A stretch of DNA of 64,000 nt from Oopsacas minuta. Taxonomy: Eukaryota > Animalia > Porifera. The translations under genes and the position numbers were made by a program. Positions 37,498 to 49,000 of the stretch are shown piece by piece. The stretch covers positions 248,001 through 312,000 of the forward strand of contig JAKMXF010000321.1 in assembly GCA_024704765.1 (NCBI GenBank), read 5' to 3'. Position 1 is the stretch's first letter, and the number at the start of each line of letters is the position of its first letter. Under the pieces are notes generated by a model. That model had not been told where the DNA came from, did not search any database, and saw only the letters and a program-made list of their open reading frames with translations.

Positions 37498-39159
37498 CTA
37501 GTTAGGTGTGGCTCCCTCAGGTGTTAGTTTCAGTTTGACAGGGGACTCTTTGCTAGATGTGTTGGAGAGGGTATCACTATCTGTTGATTGGTCAGCTCCA
37601 TTTCCTATCTCATCGTTAGTTCCACTTTCATGAAAATCTTTAGTTCCAGTTGTGAGACAGATAGTTTCGGTATGACCGTCTTTAGTTCCAATTTGGTTAG
37701 AGTCATGCTCATCTTTAGATAAAGTACCATTTTCTAAAGATTCGATTTCTCCATTAGACACGATTTTATCGGCCTTGTCTTTGGGTGTTGAAATTGTGTC
37801 AGGGTTTTCTAATGAAGATATTTTCCTTTTCAATTGTGTTCTCTCTTCCTGGAGCGCGCGACACAATCCTTCAAGAGTTATATTCTTGTTCGTGAGTCTG
37901 TTAAGCTCCTTTTTATTCTCAGAAGTTCTTTCACGTTGCTCTCTCCTTGTCGATTCGACAGATTCCAATTTCTTGATAAGACGATCTCTGTCATTGTCTA
38001 GTCGTTTTATAATTTTATCTTTCTTGTCCAACTCTCTTTTCAACATTTCAAAAGCCTCTCCACTCTTACACATAGTTTCTTGGACCTCTTGGAATTTCGC
38101 TGAATAGAATTCTATCTCATTTCTCATCTCAACTTCTTTCATAATCGTTTCCTCGTATATTTTATGTTTCTCAGTAGCTTGTAGCATCATTATGTCTCTT
38201 TCCGCGTTTGTAGTCTCTTTTTGCTGCTGTAGGAGAATATCGAATTGCGCGGCCCTCGCTTCCGATAATTTTATTTCAATTTCCTTCTTCTCAAAAAGCC
38301 TCCGAATATTTTCCTCTCTTGCGTCGAACTGTTCGATTATTGATCTCATATCCCCGTTGTCTCTCTCTAATTTAAGGTTACGCTGGTTCTGCTCTTGCAT
38401 CTGAGATGTAATCTCGTCTATTTGGCTCTGAAACTGTGCAGCGACCTAAAAGATATTCATTGAGACATATCACTCTCCTTCTGTGAAATTTTCATATGCA
38501 TATAACTCTATATGAAATTAAGATTAATCATAAGGATAATCCATGGTTAATTTTAGGGAAAATTTATATATTAAAGTAGCATCGACCCTCTACCAATTTA
38601 CACATTCTGTGGACCACATGTTGTCGCTATGGCCACAAATGGATCCAATCCTGGCCCATGGACCCTATGTTGGGAACTGAAAAATTAGAGAGATGTTTGT
38701 TTGTCTGTTAGTTAGATATTTAGTCGGTTTGCTTGATTGTGTATTTGTTTGTTAGTTTGTTTGTTTGCTTGTCTGTTAGAAAGTTTGTTTGTCTGTGTAT
38801 TTATATAAACACACCTCTTTCCTAGCTAATTTCTCCTCAGTAACCTTCAGCCTAGTATCTTCAGAAACAGCTTTAGAATGTTTCTGTAATTCCCTACACA
38901 AACTCTCTAGCGTACTCTTAGCTACTACAGCCTTGGTCAGCTGTCCTTGTATGCTATCCCGCTGAGTTGTAAGGTCGACACATCGCTTCTCCGAATCAGA
39001 AATTTGCTTCTCAAACTTTCTATTTGTTGCCAAAGCTGAATGGAATTCTTTCTGTAGAGTGGCCAGCTTTTGGTCAGAAGGGAGATCTCCTGCTAGTACT
39101 TGAGCTAGTTCTGAGTATTGAGGAGGCATAGAAGAAGGTTTGAACTTGCGTGATGCCAT
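37498..39159 (-). CDS. Taxilin family coiled-coil protein, 2 exons, ~430 aa
   Basis: Exons 39159-38815 and 38445-37498. Motifs KSTLESLCRELQK, EQFDAREE, FQETMCKSGEAF and LEGLCRALQEER. Confidence 0.9.
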
Positions 39160-39674
39160 AAATGTATGAGTTATGTAACTAAAATATATAATAACAAAGT
39201 TGTTAAGTTCATTGTAAAGCTGGAGCGAAATTAAGAAACAGCTGACAGAAAATCATCTCTACTCATCGATCTAATAATATACGGAAATATACCTCTGACC
39301 CTGCCGCCGTGGGGCTATCTATGCAAATTCAGCACGGACTATCAGTGAAGCTAGCTCATAATTTCTTAGAAATAATATATTAGGGGCCTAGCTTGACATA
39401 CAAATAGGCCTAATCAAAACTCTATCAATAATGTCAGTCAGTTTGGTTGATGTATAACAAATGGCAGATGTATAATTATATGACGATAAAGTGACAGGAG
39501 ACTCAAGAATTCTTAGGCTGGTCTAAGCCCCCAATTAATGTCCCTCACCCGTGGAGAAGTTGGGGTTAAACTGATAGGTGAATTATTAAACTGAAAGAAA
39601 TGATAAAAGTCTGTCATTCTCAAATGAAAAGTTACAAAAGTGAAAATAGTCAGAGCGATAGGAATTGAATAGAA

Positions 39675-41066
39675 ATGACACAGTTAGATCAGTTACTACA
39701 GAAATATGAATTTGAAAATTCACAATTGTCAAAAGCTCTCTCGACAGAGAGAGACAAGATCACATTCGTAAACATACAGAAGAAAGATGTTGAGAAACAA
39801 ATACACGAGTTGGAGGCAAAAACAACAAATTTGATGGAAGAAATACGAAAGGAGAAAGTTTATGATATCGACAAAAATCGGGAAATTGAGAGACTAAAAA
39901 AGGAAGCTTACCTTCTCCGGGACCACAGGAACACGATGAGAACCAAAATAGACAGACAGAATGAAAAATATGGAAATATGCTTACGGACATAAAAAATAT
40001 GATCAGAGATGGGACCGAAAAGTTGGAGAGTTATTTAGGGAAATATGAAAACATCCCTGGAGCGCAAAAAAAGCTACAAAATATGGAAAAAATTGGGGAT
40101 TTGAAAAATAAAATTGGTCAGGCAGATGATCTGATCGTTGAGCTGAAAGAAAAGGAGAATGAGGCGAAATCGTTAACGGACAAAACACATTTTCAAGTGT
40201 ATAAGTTGAATAAATTAATCCAAACTTCATTGCTAGAATCAGCTGATAACAGAAAAAATGCTAAATTTAAATATTCAAAATCACTCGAAAATATTAAAAT
40301 TAGAGAAAAAGCCAAATTGGCCGATCGTACTGCCTCCGAAATTGGCACTTCAAAACAAGTCCAATTACCTAAAAACCAAAAGGAGAGTATTTCTAATAAA
40401 TGTTGTGAGCAATCGGCTGGCAACATTCCAACAGATGAGATGAGTAGCTCAGCAACTTCAACACCTAAACCTATTCCAAGATTCATTCCAAGTATTCAGC
40501 TCTCCCAATTGATTTCTCTCTCAAATGTACGAACAATTCCTCCTGATAAATCAGATGTGAGAGTGCCACAATTAGAAACCATTTCAACACCTAAACGTGT
40601 CATACAAGGTTTCTCAATTCCACAGATTAAAACACCGAATTTATTATCTCCCCCTATAACACCTCTCATACACAAACAAATTCTAAAGCGAAACAAACCA
40701 CAAACGCTAAATATTGACACCCAAATGCAAGTTGACACGATTCTTCAACCGACAAACCGCAACACATTTCACACTCCACTTCAACCAAGTGTCACAGAAT
40801 CTGACACCTATAGCGACACAAGGTCAGTTGACCAAATTTCAGGGAATGCAATCTCACTGGAAGCTAGCGGTCAGAATCAATTATGTAATTTCCGATTCGG
40901 TTTTATGGAAGACCCGAAAAGTCCGAAAAGTGCAAATCCATTCGCTATGGAATTAGATGGAAATACACAGAGGGGCGATTCTGGATTTGATACAGGTATG
41001 TTCTCAAAAACCGGAAGTAACACCTCTCAGGAGGCTGAAAACCATCCATTTAGTTTCAGTTTTTGA
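39675..41066 (+). CDS. Coiled-coil protein with a low-complexity S/T/P tail, 463 aa (weak SIX6OS1/C14orf39-like resemblance)
   Basis: Long intact ORF with ~200 aa of heptad-rich N-terminus and a Phe-rich end (HPFSFSF). Identity is tentative. Confidence 0.6.
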   Translation: MTQLDQLLQKYEFENSQLSKALSTERDKITFVNIQKKDVEKQIHELEAKTTNLMEEIRKEKVYDIDKNREIERLKKEAYLLRDHRNTMRTKIDRQNEKYGNMLTDIKNMIRDGTEKLESYLGKYENIPGAQKKLQNMEKIGDLKNKIGQADDLIVELKEKENEAKSLTDKTHFQVYKLNKLIQTSLLESADNRKNAKFKYSKSLENIKIREKAKLADRTASEIGTSKQVQLPKNQKESISNKCCEQSAGNIPTDEMSSSATSTPKPIPRFIPSIQLSQLISLSNVRTIPPDKSDVRVPQLETISTPKRVIQGFSIPQIKTPNLLSPPITPLIHKQILKRNKPQTLNIDTQMQVDTILQPTNRNTFHTPLQPSVTESDTYSDTRSVDQISGNAISLEASGQNQLCNFRFGFMEDPKSPKSANPFAMELDGNTQRGDSGFDTGMFSKTGSNTSQEAENHPFSFSF

Positions 41067-41420
41067 CAGTTCAAAATTCCTTTTTTGATTGTTGTTGCTA
41101 GGTAGAAATATGTCCTGAATCATGTATGTATCTTATTATGTACTCACACATGATAGAATATGTTCTTATAAAGACATAGAATATACAAGAATATATGAGA
41201 ACTGGTTTCTAGAGGATGGCACCGGCATCCTCTGTACACCGACGTCTTTGGCAATGGACCTTATCTAATTCCTGGGCAGTAATTAATTCTATTAACTATG
41301 ATCACTTTAGGAGCTCTAGTTGGAACTGTTAACTGAGAAATAAATATTGATGAGTTACACAGAATAAATATATAAATAATTTCAAATAAATACAATAATA
41401 ATTACACACAAATACACAAA

Positions 41421-41870
41421 TTATCTGATTTTCACTGGCATTTGAACACATATCAAAGGTTGATTTAGGCTTTCTTCAAACAATCTTGCCTTTATCGTAA
41501 CTTTCCATGCTGGATAGATCTTCTCTACTTTAACTAACTTCCTGAATTCATAGTTTGTATACGGTTTCAAGGGGCAATTTACATTGTAAGCGCCGGTACA
41601 GACATCTACCTCTTTGATAAACGTAAATTCAGCTCCCCAAATGGTTCCCACAATATTCAATTTTAGATTTTCGACTGCGTGCTTTGTTTGGAAAGTCAGT
41701 GATAAATACGCATTTTTTCCTCTTTGCAGAAGACAAGGAGATTTGGTGCAATCATTTAGCTTTACTTTTTGGATTATTCCTTCCTGTTTGCAAATTTCAT
41801 AAATTTTAGCAGAATTTTGTGACTGGGAAAGACACAAATGTGTGACTATTAAAACCACTAAAATTTGCAT
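41421..41870 (-). CDS. ML-domain (NPC2-related) secreted protein 2, 149 aa
   Basis: Signal peptide, six Cys (DCTKSPCLLQRG, VCTGAYNVNCPL, LICV) and YP motif. Intronless. Confidence 0.88.
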   Translation of the reverse strand: MQILVVLIVTHLCLSQSQNSAKIYEICKQEGIIQKVKLNDCTKSPCLLQRGKNAYLSLTFQTKHAVENLKLNIVGTIWGAEFTFIKEVDVCTGAYNVNCPLKPYTNYEFRKLVKVEKIYPAWKVTIKARLFEESLNQPLICVQMPVKIR

Positions 41871-43026
41871 ATTTATGAATAATTTTTGTAAATGATTTCA
41901 TTATTTATACATCTGTGAAAAGGAATTACTTAAGTTAATAATTGGATTATTAATCTAATTATCAGAGATCTTGAAGCTGATCTAAAAAATTATTTATGAA
42001 GTAACTGTAACTTTTAACTTCTAATAATTGCCCTTGTGCTCCTTGGGGTAATCTGGTCCCTTCTTACTAAGGGGTGTGCCCAAATACCAAATGCCAAACA
42101 TGGTAACTACGGAATGTGTTGCATAAATACTGTTATGACGGTATTCTCTTGACACGTGAGAGAGTTCATGAATAGATTTATGGATATGTGATTATGCATA
42201 ATAATTTCTCGCGATTTCCATGTTTTACATCCATAAATAAGAGTTTCAAGCAAATTATTAGGAAAAAAGCAAATACTTTTGCGAGTATTCCCGTGGGTTT
42301 CTTGTGTAATCGTGGGATAATCCCAGAGACGCCAACTCTCAGGATTTTTCAGAGGTTAAAGAGTGTAATATTATTTCCAACTTTCAAGATTCTTCACTGT
42401 ACATTTCTATGCTGAATTGCCATATCTCACACCTTTTGAGAAGAATTCTCACGGCGAATTTCCTAATTATTTGGTTGTGTATTAAATGTCATTCTATCTT
42501 CTAACATAACCATTATAGCTGATTATAATCCTTGGTGATAAATATCTGAATAGAATTCTCCTAGTATTTTGCATTCATTTCTATTACACAGACAACATCC
42601 AAGGTGTCAATTACCCAGCTTATATATGCATACGTATTTATATAAGATTGACGTAATAACTAGCTATCATTTCACACAAACTTCACCAACTCTTATAAAT
42701 ATATCCACTTGGAATGTGTCGAATTTCTACACAATGTGCGGGCTATTTGAGGTCTAATAATCAAGTGATATATTAATATTCATGTAACGATTGTTTTGTT
42801 GGTTGTCTCGCTATGTGTATAAATAATATATACGAATTGATTTGATCATCGATGACGAGCTTCACAACTAACCGTTCTCTCATTTTTTTACGCGCAGAAT
42901 TTCCCCGGGTGATTTTTTGGCGGCTTTTCAAAATTTTCAATTTTTTACAAATTCTATGCTTTTAGAAATTAGATTTATACTTCTACCAACAGGAAGATTC
43001 CAACCAAGAAATATTTGTCAGATTCC

Positions 43027-46000
43027 ATGTCAATCGCTATTAATTCTCCCATCAAAATGATTTCAAGTACTAGTTCGACTCCTGATAACAGTACCGTGGA
43101 GAGTCCTGGTATCAATCACGACCCCAACTTTATGCTACAACTCCAGAGATCTACCTCTCAGTCACAACTAAACCCCGGACACCCCTCTCTCCTAAATCCA
43201 CTTCAGATCAATCACAATAATCATAGTCAAGTTAGTCAAGTTCAAAATTTTGCAATTATTTGTTCATATTTTCTGGTTTTGGAAATTCGTAAGATTCGAA
43301 ATTTGGTATTTTCCGTAACTAATTATGATCTTAATATTACACAAAATATTCTTCGATTTCCGTTACCTCAGAATATTTATATTTCACTAGTAAGGGCCTT
43401 CGTGAGGCGAAGGGAATTCCGAAAGTGTGACACGAAAGTTTCTAATTTCCGAAATGTTTCAAATAATATTTCAGTTACCATGGCAATAAGTTTAGCATAT
43501 TTGTACTTTGTTTTGTTATTATTTTGTTATTATTTAATTGTTTGTTTACAGAATACAAACACAATGCACTCTCCTGGGAGTGAATCATTCGAATCAGAAG
43601 ATGAAGATGATTCAGACATAGCAGAAGGAGAGGATGAAGAGTACAGGAAGAGGAGAGAAGCTATGTACAGAAGACCGTCTTTCAAGTTAGTTATCACGTC
43701 TATAAATATACACAGTTCTATATAAATAGAAATGATAATGCAGAACTAAAAATACCTACTAATATCTATTTTATCTATGATTGTACTTCTATGTTTGTAT
43801 TTGTGAATGCGTGGAACCCGAACTCATTTGAACTTTCACAGTATATTTGCTAGATTCGTTATACCCACTGGTCTAATACCGCGAAGTTGTTATAAGCATG
43901 TTCTTCAAAATCGTGAGACTTATGATTTAGTATTAGCTAGCCATGAAAAGACTAGGGATTTTGTTGTGTATGCAGACGCAAAATCGTGTGACACACGACG
44001 AGATCGTGAGAGTTGAGAGCCCTGCAACTTTTGAACAATCTGTCAAGGAGTTATCTCCATAAGCCAATAGTATATACAATGATCATTACAATATTTTCTC
44101 CGTAATTCTACGTGCTTTCCCTGATATCACTGATAATGACCTCAACAATAAGAATATTGTGTAACTCAACGACTTTACAATGGGAAATTAACATTCCTTC
44201 ACACCTAGTAAACCCGATATTCACACATTCCATAGATACATACCCGCAACTATTCAACAGATAATTGCCTGTGTTAGTTATTCGTATAGAATTCATACCA
44301 CTGTACTTTACTATCTTGCAACTCGTGACTGCAGAATGACGTGTCTATATTTACCTTATTATCATGACGTCACAAGAACTCGTGACGATATCAGATATAT
44401 TAATTCATTTTTGATACCCGAGTTATTTACAGTAGATTGTTTAGACTGTGTGTAACATCACGTGTAATAATTCTATAAAATTGGCTCTCAATTCGAGCAT
44501 TCCAAGTACTTACTCAGTTACAGTCAACTCCCATTATATCTAACACGAATATATCAAAGTAAATACTGCGATCCCGTGAGTTTTGATATTACGGGAGTTG
44601 ACTGTACTTACCAACTTTTAATAATATCCTGAGATTTTTTTGCAAACTCGTAGGATTTCCAAGTTTTACTTCCAGAAATAACATTTTCAGACTATTCTTT
44701 GGAGTAAAGACATATATTTTCAAATCTTCCCTGTATTCCTCGTTAATACCGGACCCTGGATTGTTTGAAATTATCCAAATACATGTTGTGTTTTGACGCT
44801 CATTCTTTTCGACCTTCGGTTAGTGAATTGATGAGAGAAACTTTGCCACTGGCCTCAATTATCCAGGACTATAGGCAAGGTATCTGCTGATACTGCAGTT
44901 TGCTATAAGCATTACATCAATTCACAAAACTTAGAGCAGTGATGTAACTGATTGCGTAATTCTATCTAGCTTGATAATTAGATACAATCTTATTGATATT
45001 TATTCTGTACACGTGTACTTTCATAATGATATATACTTGTCCACTTGGTGGTGGCGTAATGCTCAGTTTTGTAAAATCATATTGGAAATTATTCCAATTT
45101 GTGGATTTGACGGATGGAATTATTATTGTTTACTAATGAGTATTGCATTTGTTTGTTTGTTTTTTACCAAATGATGATATCAGTAGTTATTAGATTACAA
45201 ATCATAGGCCAGGGAAGGAAGGAATTGATAAAGACAATTTCGTTGTCACAATCTCAGATTAATCTCTAATACAGTCATTTCCCGTTATATCGTAGCTCAA
45301 GGGACGGCAATAATTCCTTCGATATAACCGATAAAGAATGTTACTTTGACTGTTTGGAACCAGTTTTGTACAGTTTCAGACTTTAATATGGAGGAACTTC
45401 TGTATACCGGGAGTAGACTATATCGATTTGTGAATAATGCTATGGGAGCAAGAACTAAAATACGCCGATTTCCCATATGGTCCCTCAATTACGATAGCTA
45501 TAATTGGAGAAATTATTCACTTACTCAATTACAGTTCTCGTATTACTGCTAAAACTCTAATTGAATTCCCAAGAAGTTATGGAGGAATTTCTAGCAAAAA
45601 ACGCGAACCTCGCTCATTCAGGGAAAACTGTACAACTTATTTGTCCACATTTAAGTGCAATTAAGGAAATATAATTACTCTTTTCCCGAATTCCAATCAC
45701 CCTGTATGGTTGTTAGGTCATGTTACAGTCTTTCATCCTACAATTGATGTCATGTACTTAACAGTATTCAGTTTAGTATTGTCATAAATACTTTAATTAT
45801 GTCAGCTAATGGATTTGTCCGATCGTTCTCCGCTAATAGGACAATTTGTATAAGAATGCATTCAGTATTCAATTGATGAATTCAGCACTATTTAATCGGT
45901 CTACTTTCAGGGATAATTACTTCGATATGATTCATTAAATATATATTACTTTGGCGGTTTGGGACCATATTTGTGGAATTTAAGACTTCGATATAGCCCC

Positions 46001-49000
46001 AGTTATTCCATATATCCGTGTTCGATGTAACGGGAGTTGTACATTAATGTTTTTCACACTTTTCTAATCATAATTAGTCATCATTTTACGCTCTCACATC
46101 TTTTGCGGATATCCTAGAATAATGAATAGTTTTGAGTGAATTGTCCCACCGAAACCAAGAATAAAAGATGTTACCTTCCAAAAACCCATCTACTTCGCTA
46201 GCCAAATGGTTTCTTTACTCAATTTTAAACATTCAATATTTAATAATATTTAATTAGCTTTGTGATCTCAATAATACACCCTGCCACTATTGACACCTGG
46301 CACTCAAGGCATATCTTTCAAGGTATTTTGCCTTGTTAACACGTGTGCCACAGTGGCACAAGCGTTCCAATACATTTGGCCAGGCGGTATAGTAAACTCA
46401 CTAATGGTCTCTCTAATTCTTTAATTATATTCTTATATATTGGAATTCTATTGTGTGTATTGTTCTATTACTGCTTGCTTGCATGTACGCTATGCAACTC
46501 ATAAATAGTCATTTGGACTATGGATTAACTTAGATGCAGAGCTGATTGATGAAATGCTAATAGCTATGAATTTAGCATATATGTGTGAAGTGGTTAGTGT
46601 CACAGCGAAATCTTCACACATCTGACATCTCTGAGAAAAGGTGGCGAATGTGTCTACCAATCAGATTTAAGGCTTTGCCTTGTACGTATCTCTCCTGGTA
46701 TTACATCAATTGATGAAATTCTATACTGTCAACATCCCTGATACCTCGAACATTCGTTATCTCTAACAGATTTTACTTTCCTCTGAGGGTTCGAGTTACC
46801 AGATGTTAACTGTATAAGGCTATCACCTTCCATAATACACACCCATATCATCCTCCAAGGAGCAGATTAATGTCCAGTCAGTATAATATTATAAAAGGGA
46901 CAACTCTCTGACTTATCTGTTTGAATACGCGTGGGTATACAATTAATATTTAGTTCAAGATTGAATTACACAAAGTAACGTGTGTTAACGTAGTAGAGCT
47001 TATTGTATTATCAACTCGTTAGAAATAATAATGAATATGTCATATATGTTAATATGATCTATGTTCTGAGACCATAAATTCAATTAACACTCTCTAATCG
47101 TCACTAATTAATACTTAACAGTGTATTTGGAACTAATTATATTAGTTATTTGTTACTGTTACAGATCTTAAAGGTTTGTTCAATCAACGGTGACGACCGG
47201 GTGTGTATAGGTATATTTTTGGACCGTGTCGGCTAGGTGTGGCCAATACCATCGGCCATTTTGTGATGTGTCTTACTAAAGGAAATTTGATTATATGGAT
47301 CAATTTCGAATCTTTTTGTCAGCCTTTCAAAGCGGAGTGTCAGAAATTTATGTGCTTTGACAATTGGCGAATTTGAACTTACAATCTGTACAGACAGCAT
47401 ATTAAAGGAATGTATTTCTATTCGAGGTGCTATGCGTGTTCTTGTCGAATTTAACATTTCTATTACAGATTGTAATTTTAGATTTTTCCAATGCTCAATT
47501 CTAAATTCTACGATTTTAGAGATGATTCCTTACTGATTATTTACTATTATTATTATTATAAATCATTTCCAGTAAAAACAAATAGGTATTTTCTGTTTAT
47601 CGTTATTTTGTCGCCTTACAGCTATTTCACTTTCAAATTGGATACAAAGCTATTCTGTAAAATTACACAATTTTATATTTGTTAACAATCATACATCTTT
47701 GTCAGCAAATTCTCAGGAAGCACTATTGAAATACTCACATCATTATTAATAGCTGAATAATCTCAGATTCCTTACTTAGTAACTACGAATTTATCAGAGT
47801 AAGCTATGCTGATGGAATCTTAAACTCAACTTATAACCAAACATTCTGTCGAATCCATAATTTCTGAATAATTTTTCTTTGGCATTTGTTCAGATGTGGA
47901 AAGTTCGCTGGAATTATCTAGTTTAAGCGCCAGATGTATTACAGTATTTTTGGAGTTAAGCGATTCTTATTTTGATAAATTCATAGCCAAAATATATAAG
48001 GTGTTACTTATTGGCGGATCAGGGAGGAGAATATATACTTTAAGACTCAGTATTGATCTTACTACACTCTTTTCAGATCTTAATTAGTTAGCCTTATTAC
48101 CATTTTAATTATTTAACAACTAGAGACTGATGCTCGAATATTTAGAGAAATAAGATCAATTCAAATCACTTGGACTGTGACCCATCAATCATTCTGTGGA
48201 ATTTCTTACTATGCTATGCTGCCATTATTTAAATAGAATTACATAAAATATTGAAACAGTATGCGTAGGGTTTGTATGCAAATTTTAGAAAAGTGAAATT
48301 CACGTTTCTGATAATTCAACTGAATTCTGAGCTGTTAAAAATGTAATTCCACATGTGGAATGTGTGGAAATTCTGGCTTACAATCGAGGAAATTTCTCGT
48401 TGTTTTGATAAAAATCCTTCAGTTACTAATACTGAGGTTTATTTACATATTTTAATACAATATCAATGTGATTAATTCGTCACCTTGCTAATCTAAGCTA
48501 GGCAAGGACATTACTTATACACGATTTTAATATAAATAATCGCTAAATTCACCAATTCTGATTATAACTTTTCGAATCATATTTGTTTGTTCCTGATCTG
48601 TAAACAAACAAACAAACAAACAAACAAACAGAAGGACGTTCTATCATAATCACTACCTCAATCGTCATAGTGTAATGAGGTATCCTGGTGTAATCGAATT
48701 ATCTTTTATTTACTATTTTTGAGGGCTGTCTTTACTGTTAGAACATATCTAGCCATCTGTCTAATTATAATTCATTTATCAACATCATAGCCTGGTCATA
48801 GAACTAGTAGGTGTGAGTAAATTCTATATTTTTAAGGTTAGTTTTACAAAAAATATTGCAAAAATCAAATTTTTTGGGTAAAATGAGTGAAATATTTTTT
48901 GATTTTTATTCAAGAAATTTTGTTTTGTTTCAGATTTAGTTCAAAGTTGTTCTTTTTCGTGTGATTTTATCATGTGTCATATTTTGATCCCTTTATTCCT

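Noticed and set aside
47233-48087. Short ORFs and coding-like stretches inside CREB intron 2 (possible nested gene)
   Set aside because: Multiple stops, no consistent exon chain and no recognisable domain.
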